Shown one piece after another: positions 18,159 through 27,152 of a DNA stretch of 64,000 nt. Where the stretch lies: positions 6,444-70,443 of the forward strand of contig JBFYNP010000071.1 in assembly GCA_041304325.1 (NCBI GenBank), in the 5' to 3' direction. The notes beneath the pieces were generated by a model that was given only the letters and a program-made list of their open reading frames with translations, did not search any database and was not told where the DNA came from. Each line of letters opens with the position of its first letter. Within the stretch, counting starts at the first letter, position 1. The translations under genes were made by a program, and so were the position numbers. This DNA comes from Candidatus Bathyarchaeota archaeon (GTDB lineage Archaea > Thermoproteota > Bathyarchaeia > TCS64).

Positions 18159-19418
18159 TTACCGGATCAATGTTCCAAGAACATCAAACTGCATCTCCTT
18201 GGGCTCACTTTCAATATGGATCAGCGCAGCTAGCTCGGGGCTCCCGTGAACCTCCTCTAAGAGACTGCAACTTATCCACAGGTGATCGAGCTCCATGGTG
18301 TTCTTGATCCTGACGACACGGGCTTTTTCTCCATCTATTGGGCCAAGTATGCGGAGAGCTGTTGTTATTGCATCTCTATCATTCGGTAACCAGATCGGCG
18401 TTTTCCCTGTGTCGCATGATCCCTGGGTTAAACAGTTGACGAACGTTGATTCATAATTTATCTTGTCGACGAGGCGACGAGTAGTAAGGTCAGCTAGACC
18501 GATTCCAATGGCGTTTCCCTCAGTTTCGTGTGTTAGGTCAAGGACGACAATCTTATCGATCCTCGGTGAATTGGGATCCGACTCTCCAGGCATCCAGAAC
18601 CGCCCCGTAACGTTTGTATCCATCCCAACTCCACTGATGTTCTTCCCAATCTCCTCAACGATGAGGAGATCTATCTCTTTGAAAGGTATTCTAGCAAGGA
18701 GTGTCTTAGCCTCTTCGAGGAGTTTCAGTTCAGCTGCCTCAATTTCGTAAAGCTCCAGAGCCATGATCTTTGAAGTCTCGTGATGCGCGTTCTCCAGGAG
18801 GGCTAACCCCATGATTATCCGGCATTTCTCCATTATGAGTCGAGCAGCCGCGGGGAGGAGGTTATGGTAACCTTCGTAGAGGTTATGGTGGATCATCTCG
18901 GCTCCCTTCTGCTTACCGAGACCTATGGCAATCATCTTCATAACACCGCTCTCGATTATTCCCTTGAAATCGGTGTGTGGCTTTACACGGCCAACGACGA
19001 TGATTCCATCCGCGTTGAATGCGTTTCTATCAACGTATACCGGAGTTCCTCTTATACTCCCGATCTCCTCAACCTCCATCGAGCTTACTATACGGCAGCC
19101 CATAGACTCCTCTGTGATCCCGAGGCTCCTTAGCGTCTCAACTTGACCGTGAGCAGTTGCGCCTCCGTGGCTTCCCATCGCCGGAATGATGAAAGGCTTA
19201 GCGTCAGCGGCTTTCACCTCCTCCACAACAGCACGAAGTATCTCAGGGATGTTCGTGATACCTCGGCTCCCCGCAGTAATAGCTATCCTCTGGCCCTTCA
19301 GTATCTTATCCCCCAGTTTTTTCCGTCTTAACTCCTTGTGGACTTCTCCAATAGGGTCCTCCAGCCTAGGCTGTATAATCACCTGTTTCACTTCAACCAT
19401 CTTAGGTAGACTCATCAA
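18159..19418 (-). CDS. LarA-like N-terminal domain (DUF2088-type) protein, function unknown
   Basis: The stretches IAITAGSRGIT, IIPAMGSHGGAT and ADGIIVVGRVKPHTDFKG line up with LarA stretches IVIISSDHTRP, ILVATGFHRPST and ADLLISEGFIESHFFAG as I recall them. It overlaps the upstream gene by 4 nt. Confidence 0.45.
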   Translation of the reverse strand: MMSLPKMVEVKQVIIQPRLEDPIGEVHKELRRKKLGDKILKGQRIAITAGSRGITNIPEILRAVVEEVKAADAKPFIIPAMGSHGGATAHGQVETLRSLGITEESMGCRIVSSMEVEEIGSIRGTPVYVDRNAFNADGIIVVGRVKPHTDFKGIIESGVMKMIAIGLGKQKGAEMIHHNLYEGYHNLLPAAARLIMEKCRIIMGLALLENAHHETSKIMALELYEIEAAELKLLEEAKTLLARIPFKEIDLLIVEEIGKNISGVGMDTNVTGRFWMPGESDPNSPRIDKIVVLDLTHETEGNAIGIGLADLTTRRLVDKINYESTFVNCLTQGSCDTGKTPIWLPNDRDAITTALRILGPIDGEKARVVRIKNTMELDHLWISCSLLEEVHGSPELAALIHIESEPKEMQFDVLGTLIR

Positions 19419-20437
19419 TTACTCCTCCTCTCAGCCATCTTCGCCGCTAACTTTATTGCGTCAATGAGGCTCTGCGGGTTTGCTGTTCCCTCGCGTCGCC
19501 CTGCCTTACCGTATGCAGTACCGTGGTCAACGCTCGTCCGTATGAATGGGAGACCAAGAGTGACATTGATGCCACCCATCTCCTCCCATCCAGTCAATCC
19601 ATACTTGAAACCCAATAGCTTGACAGGGATATGACCTTGATCATGATACATCGCAATAGCCACATCGAATGCTCCACCAGAAGCTTTACCAAAGACCGTA
19701 TCAGGCGGGATAGGGCCCTCAACAGTCAATCCCAGTTCCCTCGCCTCCTCAATAGCTGGGACTATCTCATCAATCTCCTCTCTTCCAAAGAGACCACCTT
19801 CCCCCGAGTGAGGGTTAAGCCCAGCTACAGCTATGCGAGGCTTATCTATACCCAGGCTTATGAGAGCTTCATTAGCGATCCTGATCTTGCTGAGCACCAA
19901 TTCCTTTGTGATAAGATCAGGGACCTTCCTTAGAGGTACATGCGTTGTGACGTGGATGACTCTAAAATCTCCTGAAACGAGCATCATCGTAGACTCTTTT
20001 ACTCCTGCAAGTTCAGCAAGAAGCTCCGTATGTCCAGGATAATTATAGCCAGCCATATGCATAGCCTCCTTGCTCAACGGCGCGGTTACTATCCCCTCAA
20101 CCTTGCCTTTCAACGCGAGATTTGCAGCCTTAATAACGTATTCAACCGAGGCTTTACCTCCTATCGCTTGAGATTTACCCATAACAAGATTATCAAAGTC
20201 GATGTTCCTAAGATCAACTAACTCGGAGATCCCACAGGGAGTTGTGATCCTTGATAGTGATTTGTCAATTTCGACTTTGACTTTAGCGACCTCAGCACCC
20301 ATCATTAGAATGGATGAGTCACCGACGATAACTGGATGACATACCGTATAGATTTCATTACTTGATAACGCCTTCGCCACAATTTCGGGACCTATCCCAG
20401 CAGGATCACCCATGGTGATCGCGAGGAGAGGTTTCAA
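19415..20437 (-). CDS. pdxA: PdxA-family NAD-dependent 4-phospho-hydroxyacid dehydrogenase (PdxA2-like, decarboxylating)
   Basis: Motifs are AITMGDPAGIGPEI, YPGHTELLA, GLNPHSGEGG, MYHDQGHIP and SVDHGTAYGKAG. Confidence 0.8.
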   Translation of the reverse strand: MKPLLAITMGDPAGIGPEIVAKALSSNEIYTVCHPVIVGDSSILMMGAEVAKVKVEIDKSLSRITTPCGISELVDLRNIDFDNLVMGKSQAIGGKASVEYVIKAANLALKGKVEGIVTAPLSKEAMHMAGYNYPGHTELLAELAGVKESTMMLVSGDFRVIHVTTHVPLRKVPDLITKELVLSKIRIANEALISLGIDKPRIAVAGLNPHSGEGGLFGREEIDEIVPAIEEARELGLTVEGPIPPDTVFGKASGGAFDVAIAMYHDQGHIPVKLLGFKYGLTGWEEMGGINVTLGLPFIRTSVDHGTAYGKAGRREGTANPQSLIDAIKLAAKMAERRSN

Positions 20438-21723
20438 AGGTCTCTCCTCCTGAGATATTGAGCCGCTTGAACGAGGCTGTTCTCCACACCGAACCCACCG
20501 GCTTTAGTGACAGCTAAGATTCCATTACTCAACAAAACAAGAGGCATCCCCGGCTCAACTTCAGCGACTATCTTTGCTGATCCTACACCCAGCTTTTCAC
20601 AGACATGTAGACTCGTAGCTCCTCCAGTCAGGAGAAGCCCTTTCACCTCAACTTGTTTTAAAATCTCTGACGTGATTCTGCCGAAAGCCTCCCCGACGAT
20701 ATATCGAACATCATCCGGGTTGACACTATTATTTTCTGTATAAAGCATGAACTCTCCTCGACTAGATTCTCGAGGAGATACAGTGAGGGAGACGTCAACA
20801 CCACCGCGTAAAAATTTCACAGCTTCACCTACACAACGCTCAACCTCATTTTCCACAGCAATTCCACCCTGAATTAAGTGATTAACGTTGATCTGGGTCT
20901 CCATGAATCCCAGGCGCTCAACAAGGTTAGTTACCTGAACTCTAGAAAGGTGACGTGTGCTTCCGCAAACACTGATTAAGGGCTTACATTTGCTCATACC
21001 GATGCCTGCAGGCAGCTCAGATGCAAGGCCTGCAGATCCGACAACGAGCTGAGCTTCATCAGCTGTCTGAGCGATATCCCTCAAATGTTTTTCAGTTAAG
21101 GCGTCGAATACAGCGATCTCTACACCTTGAGACTTAAATTTACTTAATTTTTCTCGTATCACATTTGGCCCAAGCCTAACGTCGCCGATACCAATAAGGC
21201 CAACTCTCCGGGAACATTGATGACTTATAATCGTCGTAACATCTGATGTCTTTATAGATAACTCGTTAGCGTACTCTGTATTCTCAAGTAAGATATTATT
21301 TACCAACTGTTTTCCAGCGAGAGTCATACGTCCATATGTGGGATAAGAGGGGGCGAAAAAAGTCATATCAGCACCGACCGCAGATATTGCAGCCTCGAGC
21401 TCAACACCAATATTCCCCCTGAGCGTTGAATCAATCTTTTTATAAAATTTCTCTACACCAAAGGTCTTCAGCGTGGCAATGGCAGCTGTAACTCGTTTAT
21501 ACGCTTCACCCCGACTACATTCACGGCTCTCAGTATCAAAAACCAACACGTCGGCATCCCCAACATAATGGTCATCACCTTTCAGGAGCACCTCGACTTG
21601 CAAACCCCAATTACTAAACTGTACACCCGTATCAAAGGCGCCCGTAAGATCGTCAGCTAAGACACCCAGCCGCAACAATACACCGATTAAATCGATCCGA
21701 TAGATATTGAAAACATCTTGCAA
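20434..21723 (-). CDS. Four-carbon acid sugar kinase family protein (DUF1537; DtnK/DenK/OtnK-like)
   Basis: The N-terminal GVLADDLTGAFDTGVQF motif is characteristic of DUF1537 kinases. The C-terminal nucleotide-binding region is LLLTGGATS...TKAGGFG. There is a 4-nt overlap with the PdxA-family gene. Confidence 0.75.
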   Translation of the reverse strand: MQDVFNIYRIDLIGVLLRLGVLADDLTGAFDTGVQFSNWGLQVEVLLKGDDHYVGDADVLVFDTESRECSRGEAYKRVTAAIATLKTFGVEKFYKKIDSTLRGNIGVELEAAISAVGADMTFFAPSYPTYGRMTLAGKQLVNNILLENTEYANELSIKTSDVTTIISHQCSRRVGLIGIGDVRLGPNVIREKLSKFKSQGVEIAVFDALTEKHLRDIAQTADEAQLVVGSAGLASELPAGIGMSKCKPLISVCGSTRHLSRVQVTNLVERLGFMETQINVNHLIQGGIAVENEVERCVGEAVKFLRGGVDVSLTVSPRESSRGEFMLYTENNSVNPDDVRYIVGEAFGRITSEILKQVEVKGLLLTGGATSLHVCEKLGVGSAKIVAEVEPGMPLVLLSNGILAVTKAGGFGVENSLVQAAQYLRRRDL

Positions 21724-21775
21724 AGAATATCAAGATCGACTAAGCTTTAAACGGGATAAGTGACTACCATTTCTC

Positions 21776-22165
21776 ATGAAATTTAACTCAAAGATCGTTG
21801 AAGCCTGGGTTCAATTTTGGAATACTTACGATCTCTTGAAGATTGATGAACTCTTCATGACCGATGATCACGTCACCTACTTCAGCTCGGAAAAGGAGGG
21901 TTTAATCAAAGGGATCGAGGCTCTCAAAAGACACCATGAAGGATTTGGTTTTGTTAAAGGTGGAAAGTCTCAGCCTAACAAGCTCTGGCTAGAAGAAACT
22001 TATATCGACGACTTTGGAAAAACCACTTTGGTCTGCGCTATCTGGTGCTTCAAACGACCCAACCTAGAGAAGCCGCAAAGAGGTCCAGTTACCATCATCT
22101 ACATGGAAACGATTAATGGTTGGCGTATAGCTCACGCGAACTTCGGTAATTACAAAACTAGTTGA
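21776..22165 (+). CDS. NTF2-like (SnoaL/DUF4440-type) small protein
   Basis: 129 aa. The N-terminal helix IVEAWVQFWNTYDL and the C-terminal GWRIAHANF pattern are typical of the NTF2-like fold. Confidence 0.45.
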   Translation: MKFNSKIVEAWVQFWNTYDLLKIDELFMTDDHVTYFSSEKEGLIKGIEALKRHHEGFGFVKGGKSQPNKLWLEETYIDDFGKTTLVCAIWCFKRPNLEKPQRGPVTIIYMETINGWRIAHANFGNYKTS

Positions 22166-22304
22166 ACTGATGCTGATTCATTTAAAGGAAAAAATCCTCA
22201 GTCCATGTAGTTAATGGATAAAATAGTTACCTTGCGGGTTATTTTTTAGGGTTTTTAGTATCTAGATATGATTATTATAAAGCCGATAATCCAGTAACTA
22301 TTGT

Positions 22305-22676
22305 TTAATTAAGAGCCTTATTTATTTCCATAACTATATCGTCTGGTGAGACAGGCTTCAATAAAATAGCTGAGTATTTTGCACCTCTATCTGACATCGT
22401 ATCCATTGTCTTGCTGAAACCTGAAAGTAGAATGATCTTTGTTTTCGGGTACATCACCTGGATATCAGCAGCCAGATCGTCTCCCTTCACGTCAGGAAGC
22501 ACATAATCGAGTAAGATAAGATCATACTGCTTTATCTTGAGTTTGCGAAGCGCCTCCGCTCCAGTGAGGGCCGTATCCGAGTTGAACCCTGCGTCCTCAA
22601 GAATTATACCCAATATCTGCGTGTTGGCCTCGTCATCATCAACCAGCAGTAGGGTTTTACTCATGACTAGAATCAC
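22305..22676 (-). CDS. Stand-alone response-regulator receiver (CheY-like) protein
   Basis: The acidic pocket is LLLVDDD, the phospho-acceptor region is DLILLDYVLPD, and the conserved S/T and K are LLSGF and LLKPV. There is no output domain. Confidence 0.8.
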   Translation of the reverse strand: MILVMSKTLLLVDDDEANTQILGIILEDAGFNSDTALTGAEALRKLKIKQYDLILLDYVLPDVKGDDLAADIQVMYPKTKIILLSGFSKTMDTMSDRGAKYSAILLKPVSPDDIVMEINKALN

Positions 22677-22858
22677 GAGGTTGGGAATATTAAGAATAAT
22701 GGATTAAAATAACAGGTGAATAACCCATATCTTCAAAAAGGATTTGTTTCATTAAGAAGAGCTATAAACCTCATAAAGGCATATGTTTTCTTAAATTTTC
22801 ACTTTTTTAAATAACCATAAATTGATCAGATATTTGGACTGATCGTTGAAGAAAAAAT

Positions 22859-23185
22859 TTAGATGTCGATGAAATCGTCGCCGGAATTTTTCCCAGCCTT
22901 CTTGGCAGAAGGAGGATTTACAACGTCAAGCATCTCGAAGAGACTCTCCATCTTATCGTTGTTAAGAATCTCTTTAAAATCTTCATACTCTGAGACATCA
23001 CGCACCGTAAGACCCTTTCGCTTCGTTGGGCTTCCAGCAGCGTCAACGGGGTTGATCTCAACCGCAAGACGAGCGGGTTGGTTTCGGTATGCAGGGAGCT
23101 TCTGCACAAAGACTCCTGGAATACTTGTCTTCATCTTTCCCCAATCTGCACCGGTTTTCAAGAATTCTGATAGCTTCTCGGACAT
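22859..23185 (-). CDS. Hypothetical protein (108 aa), last gene of the cbf5-methyltransferase string
   Basis: It has coding-like composition and the same strand as the upstream genes. I recognise no motif. The overlapping + strand ORF 22863..23300 is low-complexity and is judged spurious. Confidence 0.4.
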   Translation of the reverse strand: MSEKLSEFLKTGADWGKMKTSIPGVFVQKLPAYRNQPARLAVEINPVDAAGSPTKRKGLTVRDVSEYEDFKEILNNDKMESLFEMLDVVNPPSAKKAGKNSGDDFIDI

Positions 23186-23253
23186 GGCTACGGCTAAGCC
23201 CTGCTTGTATTCAAACTTAACTCCGAAAAAAACTCGAAAAATAATTTCCTATT

Positions 23254-23868
23254 TTAGGTTTTTTGTTTCGCTACGAGAACGCGATATCCACCTCCTCTAG
23301 CTAGAACTTCACAATTTCCAAAGTATGACTCCAAATAAGATTCAAGTGTTTTTCCACCCTTATTAGATTGTACAACAAGCTGGATTAAACCACCGGGTTT
23401 CAGGTGATCTACAGCTCCAGAAACTAAGGGCTCAACTACTTCTCTCATTCCTGCAGAAATAGGCGGATTGGAGACCACCGTATCGAAGAGACTCCTCTCA
23501 ATAAGTTCGTATAACGCTGTTTGAATAACCTCAACCATGCCGGCATGATTTCTTTTAACATTTTCAGTTGCCAGCGCGATCGCTCGACTATTGATATCGG
23601 TCATAGTGACTTTAAGTTTGGATTTGATTTTTGCAGCCACAATTCCAATCGGACCATAACCACAGCCAAGGTCAAGGAAAGACCCAGAATCTGGAATGTC
23701 CATTGATTCAATGAGTAATCTGGTGCCGTTATCGATTTTTGTATGACTGAAGACACCTGAGTCAGTAACGAACTCCAACTCTATCCCCTTGATAGTGCAT
23801 CGGATCAATCCTCTCTTTGACTTACTGGTGGGTTTCTCTGAGAAATAGTGCTCCGGCACCCTTACCAC
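23254..23868 (-). CDS. Class I SAM-dependent methyltransferase, 'MTS small domain' type (RsmC/RlmG-like N2-guanine or related RNA methyltransferase)
   Basis: The SAM motif is FLDLGCGYGPIG. The catalytic motif is VVSNPPISAG (NPPxxxG). It overlaps the cbf5 stop by 7 nt. Confidence 0.75.
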   Translation of the reverse strand: MVRVPEHYFSEKPTSKSKRGLIRCTIKGIELEFVTDSGVFSHTKIDNGTRLLIESMDIPDSGSFLDLGCGYGPIGIVAAKIKSKLKVTMTDINSRAIALATENVKRNHAGMVEVIQTALYELIERSLFDTVVSNPPISAGMREVVEPLVSGAVDHLKPGGLIQLVVQSNKGGKTLESYLESYFGNCEVLARGGGYRVLVAKQKT

Positions 23869-24842
23869 TTCTTAGGGTAAATTCCTCTATGCATTATTAC
23901 ACGTTCTGCTATAGCTGCGATACCATGATCGGTCTTCCCGATCTCTTCGCCAGTCATTTCGGTTCGCATGAGCGCAACAGCCTCGTTTCTCTGAGTCATA
24001 ACGGCAACGAGACCTTTCACATGGGTTCCTGACTCATATCGCAGGATACCGGGAACAGCAAGTTGAGCGCCTGTGCAAATCGCTTCAACTGCCGAGTCCC
24101 GCACCCAAATATGAGGAAGGAGAGACAATGCCTCTTCAACGGGGTGAATCAAAGCTTTGAGAGGTTCATCATCTCCTTCACGACGCATATCCAGAGCATC
24201 AACAAGATCGTATAGAGTGATCGTATTTTTCTCAACGAAGGGCCCACTCCGAACACGACGTAGCTCCTGCATGTGTGCACCCCCACCGAGAATCTCACCG
24301 GCGTCGCTACAGATTTTACGGATATAAGTACCGCTCTGACAACTTACATGGAAGAGCCAATTACGTCCATCACCTTCAAGGAACTCAAGACCGTAAATGT
24401 ATCGAGTTCTAAGGCGGCGACTGACTGCTGATCGAAGCGGTGGGCGCTGAAATATTTCTCCTTCGAATAGTTTCAGGGTTTCCCTAACTCTCTTTTCAGT
24501 CTCGTCCTCATGAGTCCTCATGACAGCGATGTATTCCTTACCAGAGTCTAGAAGAGCCTGAACGATCTTTGTTGACTCCCCAATACATACAGGTAAAACA
24601 CCTGTTACCCCTGGATCAAGAGTACCACCATGACCAACATTATCGACCTCCATGAGTTTTTTAATCCAAGCTGCGACCTCGTGGCTAGTGGGACCCGGAA
24701 CTTTATCTATAATCACTATTCCGCGCTGGAACATTTGAGTGAGGTTCCGCTCCTCGGGAGGATTTCCAATCGTAGAATCGAACTCTTCCTCTGCGCGGAC
24801 TGTGACTATTCGCTGCTGCTCCCAGGCAGGTCTCTCTAGCAT
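23862..24842 (-). CDS. cbf5: H/ACA RNP pseudouridine synthase Cbf5 (TruB family) with a C-terminal PUA domain
   Basis: The catalytic Asp motif is HGGTLDPGVTGVLPVCIG. Also present are YIRKICSD and the PUA-like C-terminus VRDSAVEAICTGAQLAVPGI. Confidence 0.9.
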   Translation of the reverse strand: MLERPAWEQQRIVTVRAEEEFDSTIGNPPEERNLTQMFQRGIVIIDKVPGPTSHEVAAWIKKLMEVDNVGHGGTLDPGVTGVLPVCIGESTKIVQALLDSGKEYIAVMRTHEDETEKRVRETLKLFEGEIFQRPPLRSAVSRRLRTRYIYGLEFLEGDGRNWLFHVSCQSGTYIRKICSDAGEILGGGAHMQELRRVRSGPFVEKNTITLYDLVDALDMRREGDDEPLKALIHPVEEALSLLPHIWVRDSAVEAICTGAQLAVPGILRYESGTHVKGLVAVMTQRNEAVALMRTEMTGEEIGKTDHGIAAIAERVIMHRGIYPKKW

Positions 24843-24957
24843 CGGTATCCTGAGCTTATTCGATTCCCCAGTCTATAAGCACTACGAAAATCAATTCTAA
24901 GACTCCTTATAGAGTTAAACTGATAACCAACGCAGCATTATTCGAGTTCGATACACC

Positions 24958-26142
24958 GTGCAAAATATTGATAGAATAAATGTTCGAAGATTACAGTTAG
25001 AAAAACAATGTATTCATGATTTCAAATTAACAGGAAAGGAAGATATCTACAAAACCATAGAAACACTTGGAACCGTTCAAATAGACACGGTGAATGTCGT
25101 TAAAAGAGCTCACCATCTCACCCTTTGGAGCCGCCTAGGAAATCACGACGATGGTCATCTCTACAATCTAGCATATCATGAAAAACGTGTCTTCGAAGGA
25201 TGGGGACACGCCATGAGCTATATGCCAATGAAAGATTGGAGATTCTTTCTTCTGGCCAATAAAGAGAGAGCAAAGGATTACGTTGTGCATAAAGGTTGGT
25301 TTAGCGGAGTAGATCCAGAACTATTCGATGCAGTACTCGCACGCATCCGAAATGAAGGCCCACTGAGAAGCAAAGATTTTGAAGGAAAAAAATCTAGCTC
25401 AGGGTGGTGGGGGTGGAAACCCGCGAAGCGAGCTTTAGAGGCGCTTTTCAGCGCTGGATACCTAATGGTAACGAGAAGAGAGGGATTTCAGAGGGTATTT
25501 GACCTTACAGAGCGGGTTCTTCCATCTCAAATAGACTTAACAGAACCTACAGAAGAAGAGAGAATCAAGTTCTTCATCAACCGTACTCTCGGATGCCTAG
25601 GTGCTTTGAAGCCCTCCGATATACGTACATATTACCATCACTGGTGCGTTAAGCTTGGTAAAACCGGAAAGGAGATTCAAAACATACTAGATTCACTTGT
25701 TGCAGAGGGCAAGGTTGAGAAAATCAAATTAGAGGGATTAAAACAGCCCTACTATTGCCTCATACAAGATTTAACTAGACTGGGGGAGATCGAAAATAGC
25801 TTTATTTTTGAGGGTTGCCGCCTATTCAGCTACTTCGATAACATCCTCTGGCAAGGGGACCGAGTTAAGGATCTCTTCGGTTTTGAGCGAGCACTCGAGA
25901 TCTACATAAAACCCGAGCAACGCCGTTTTGGCTACTTTACACTTCCGATCCTTTATGGAGACAAGTTTGTAGGTCGGCTCGACCCAAAACTTGACAGACA
26001 GAAAAAGATCCTCATCATAAGGGGATTATGGTTTGAAAACGGGTTTAAACCCGATGAGATATATCAAGATAAGTTCGAAAAAATGCTCGAAGACTTCGCA
26101 GCCTTCAATGGTGCCGATAAAATTGAGTATTCTGCAGTTTAA
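24958..26142 (+). CDS. YcaQ/AlkZ-like winged-helix protein (DUF1006; HTH_42-superfamily DNA glycosylase family)
   Basis: GTVQIDTVNVVKRAHHLTLWSR, FEGWGHAMSYMP, REGFQRVFDLTERVLP and YFTLPILYGDKFVGRLDPKLDR match the family pattern as I recall it. Confidence 0.6.
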   Translation: MQNIDRINVRRLQLEKQCIHDFKLTGKEDIYKTIETLGTVQIDTVNVVKRAHHLTLWSRLGNHDDGHLYNLAYHEKRVFEGWGHAMSYMPMKDWRFFLLANKERAKDYVVHKGWFSGVDPELFDAVLARIRNEGPLRSKDFEGKKSSSGWWGWKPAKRALEALFSAGYLMVTRREGFQRVFDLTERVLPSQIDLTEPTEEERIKFFINRTLGCLGALKPSDIRTYYHHWCVKLGKTGKEIQNILDSLVAEGKVEKIKLEGLKQPYYCLIQDLTRLGEIENSFIFEGCRLFSYFDNILWQGDRVKDLFGFERALEIYIKPEQRRFGYFTLPILYGDKFVGRLDPKLDRQKKILIIRGLWFENGFKPDEIYQDKFEKMLEDFAAFNGADKIEYSAV

Positions 26143-26960
26143 GATTTAATTTTAAGAGTCTTAGTTGTTAACCTCAACTCTCCACGAATGGCTTTAACAG
26201 CGTCAACTGCTTCTTTTACGAATTCGTCCTCTCCATCTAGGAGAAAGATCTTCGCCCCCTCAGCTCCGTCGATTCCACCTCCACCTATTGGAAGTACGTC
26301 GGTACCGAAGAGCTCCTTAAAAGCTTCCATCTCGGTGATTATGTAGCCACTAACAACCATCATACCACATTTAACATCTAGGCTAACGTCAATTTTCTTC
26401 TGACCCATTCGATGAACAGCATCATGGATGTTGATTGGTACAAGCTTTTCTAAACCTGCAGGAATGATTGTAGTAATTCCATTGGCTGTGAGATAGCCCC
26501 ATGCAGCACCGATTGTGCCACCGCCCTCTCCTCCAAGAAGTATACCCGCAGCTCCAAAGGGGTCAATAGCGTTTGCGCCTTTCACGAAGATGTCTCCAGG
26601 ACCCATCGTTTTTAGAGTCTCCAAGATTTCAGGTAACTTAACTGTGCGGGCTTTTCCCTTCTGGATAATGTATGGGTCTCCACGGAGTTTCGATTCCGTC
26701 ATTCCAAGACCATCCCCCGTTACAACCCCAGCTGTGAAAAATCCTTTCTCTTTTATGGGTTTACCTAAAAGCTCCTCAAGGACGTAGGCATCTGTAGTGC
26801 CTGTTGTAACAATTATGGTCCCATTCTCTAATGCGTCTTTGACTACCGCCATATGTGCAATAGCCTTGGCTATCAGCCGTTTACCCTCTGCGGGGGTTAA
26901 TGAAACTTGAGCTAACAACTGTTTTCCTCCGATACTGTTAGGCGTTGGATCAGTAGCCAT
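26139..26960 (-). CDS. Conserved-looking hypothetical protein with two Gly-rich loops
   Basis: 273 aa with coding-like composition. The loops are LLGGEGGGTIGAAWG and LPIGGGGIDGAEG. No family was recognised. Confidence 0.4.
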   Translation of the reverse strand: MATDPTPNSIGGKQLLAQVSLTPAEGKRLIAKAIAHMAVVKDALENGTIIVTTGTTDAYVLEELLGKPIKEKGFFTAGVVTGDGLGMTESKLRGDPYIIQKGKARTVKLPEILETLKTMGPGDIFVKGANAIDPFGAAGILLGGEGGGTIGAAWGYLTANGITTIIPAGLEKLVPINIHDAVHRMGQKKIDVSLDVKCGMMVVSGYIITEMEAFKELFGTDVLPIGGGGIDGAEGAKIFLLDGEDEFVKEAVDAVKAIRGELRLTTKTLKIKS

Positions 26961-27152
26961 AAAAACTTAGCTGAAAAAATAAAAGATTCAGTACGAAACT
27001 CTGACAGTCGATAATACTCTAATCCCAGTAATAATATATCATATTAACGTTTCTTTTGTGGATATGTGTAGCTAACGGACAAAATACATATAATAATTAT
27101 GAGTCTTATTGCGCCTTGCTTGTCAACCATTACATTTGCAGATCATGGAGTG

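Noticed and set aside
22863-23300. 145-aa + strand ORF overlapping the 108-aa minus-strand gene.
   Set aside because: Its translation is low complexity and Ser/Phe/Arg-rich with no motifs. It is almost exactly antisense to a better-looking ORF that continues the cbf5 gene string, so it is a typical shadow ORF.
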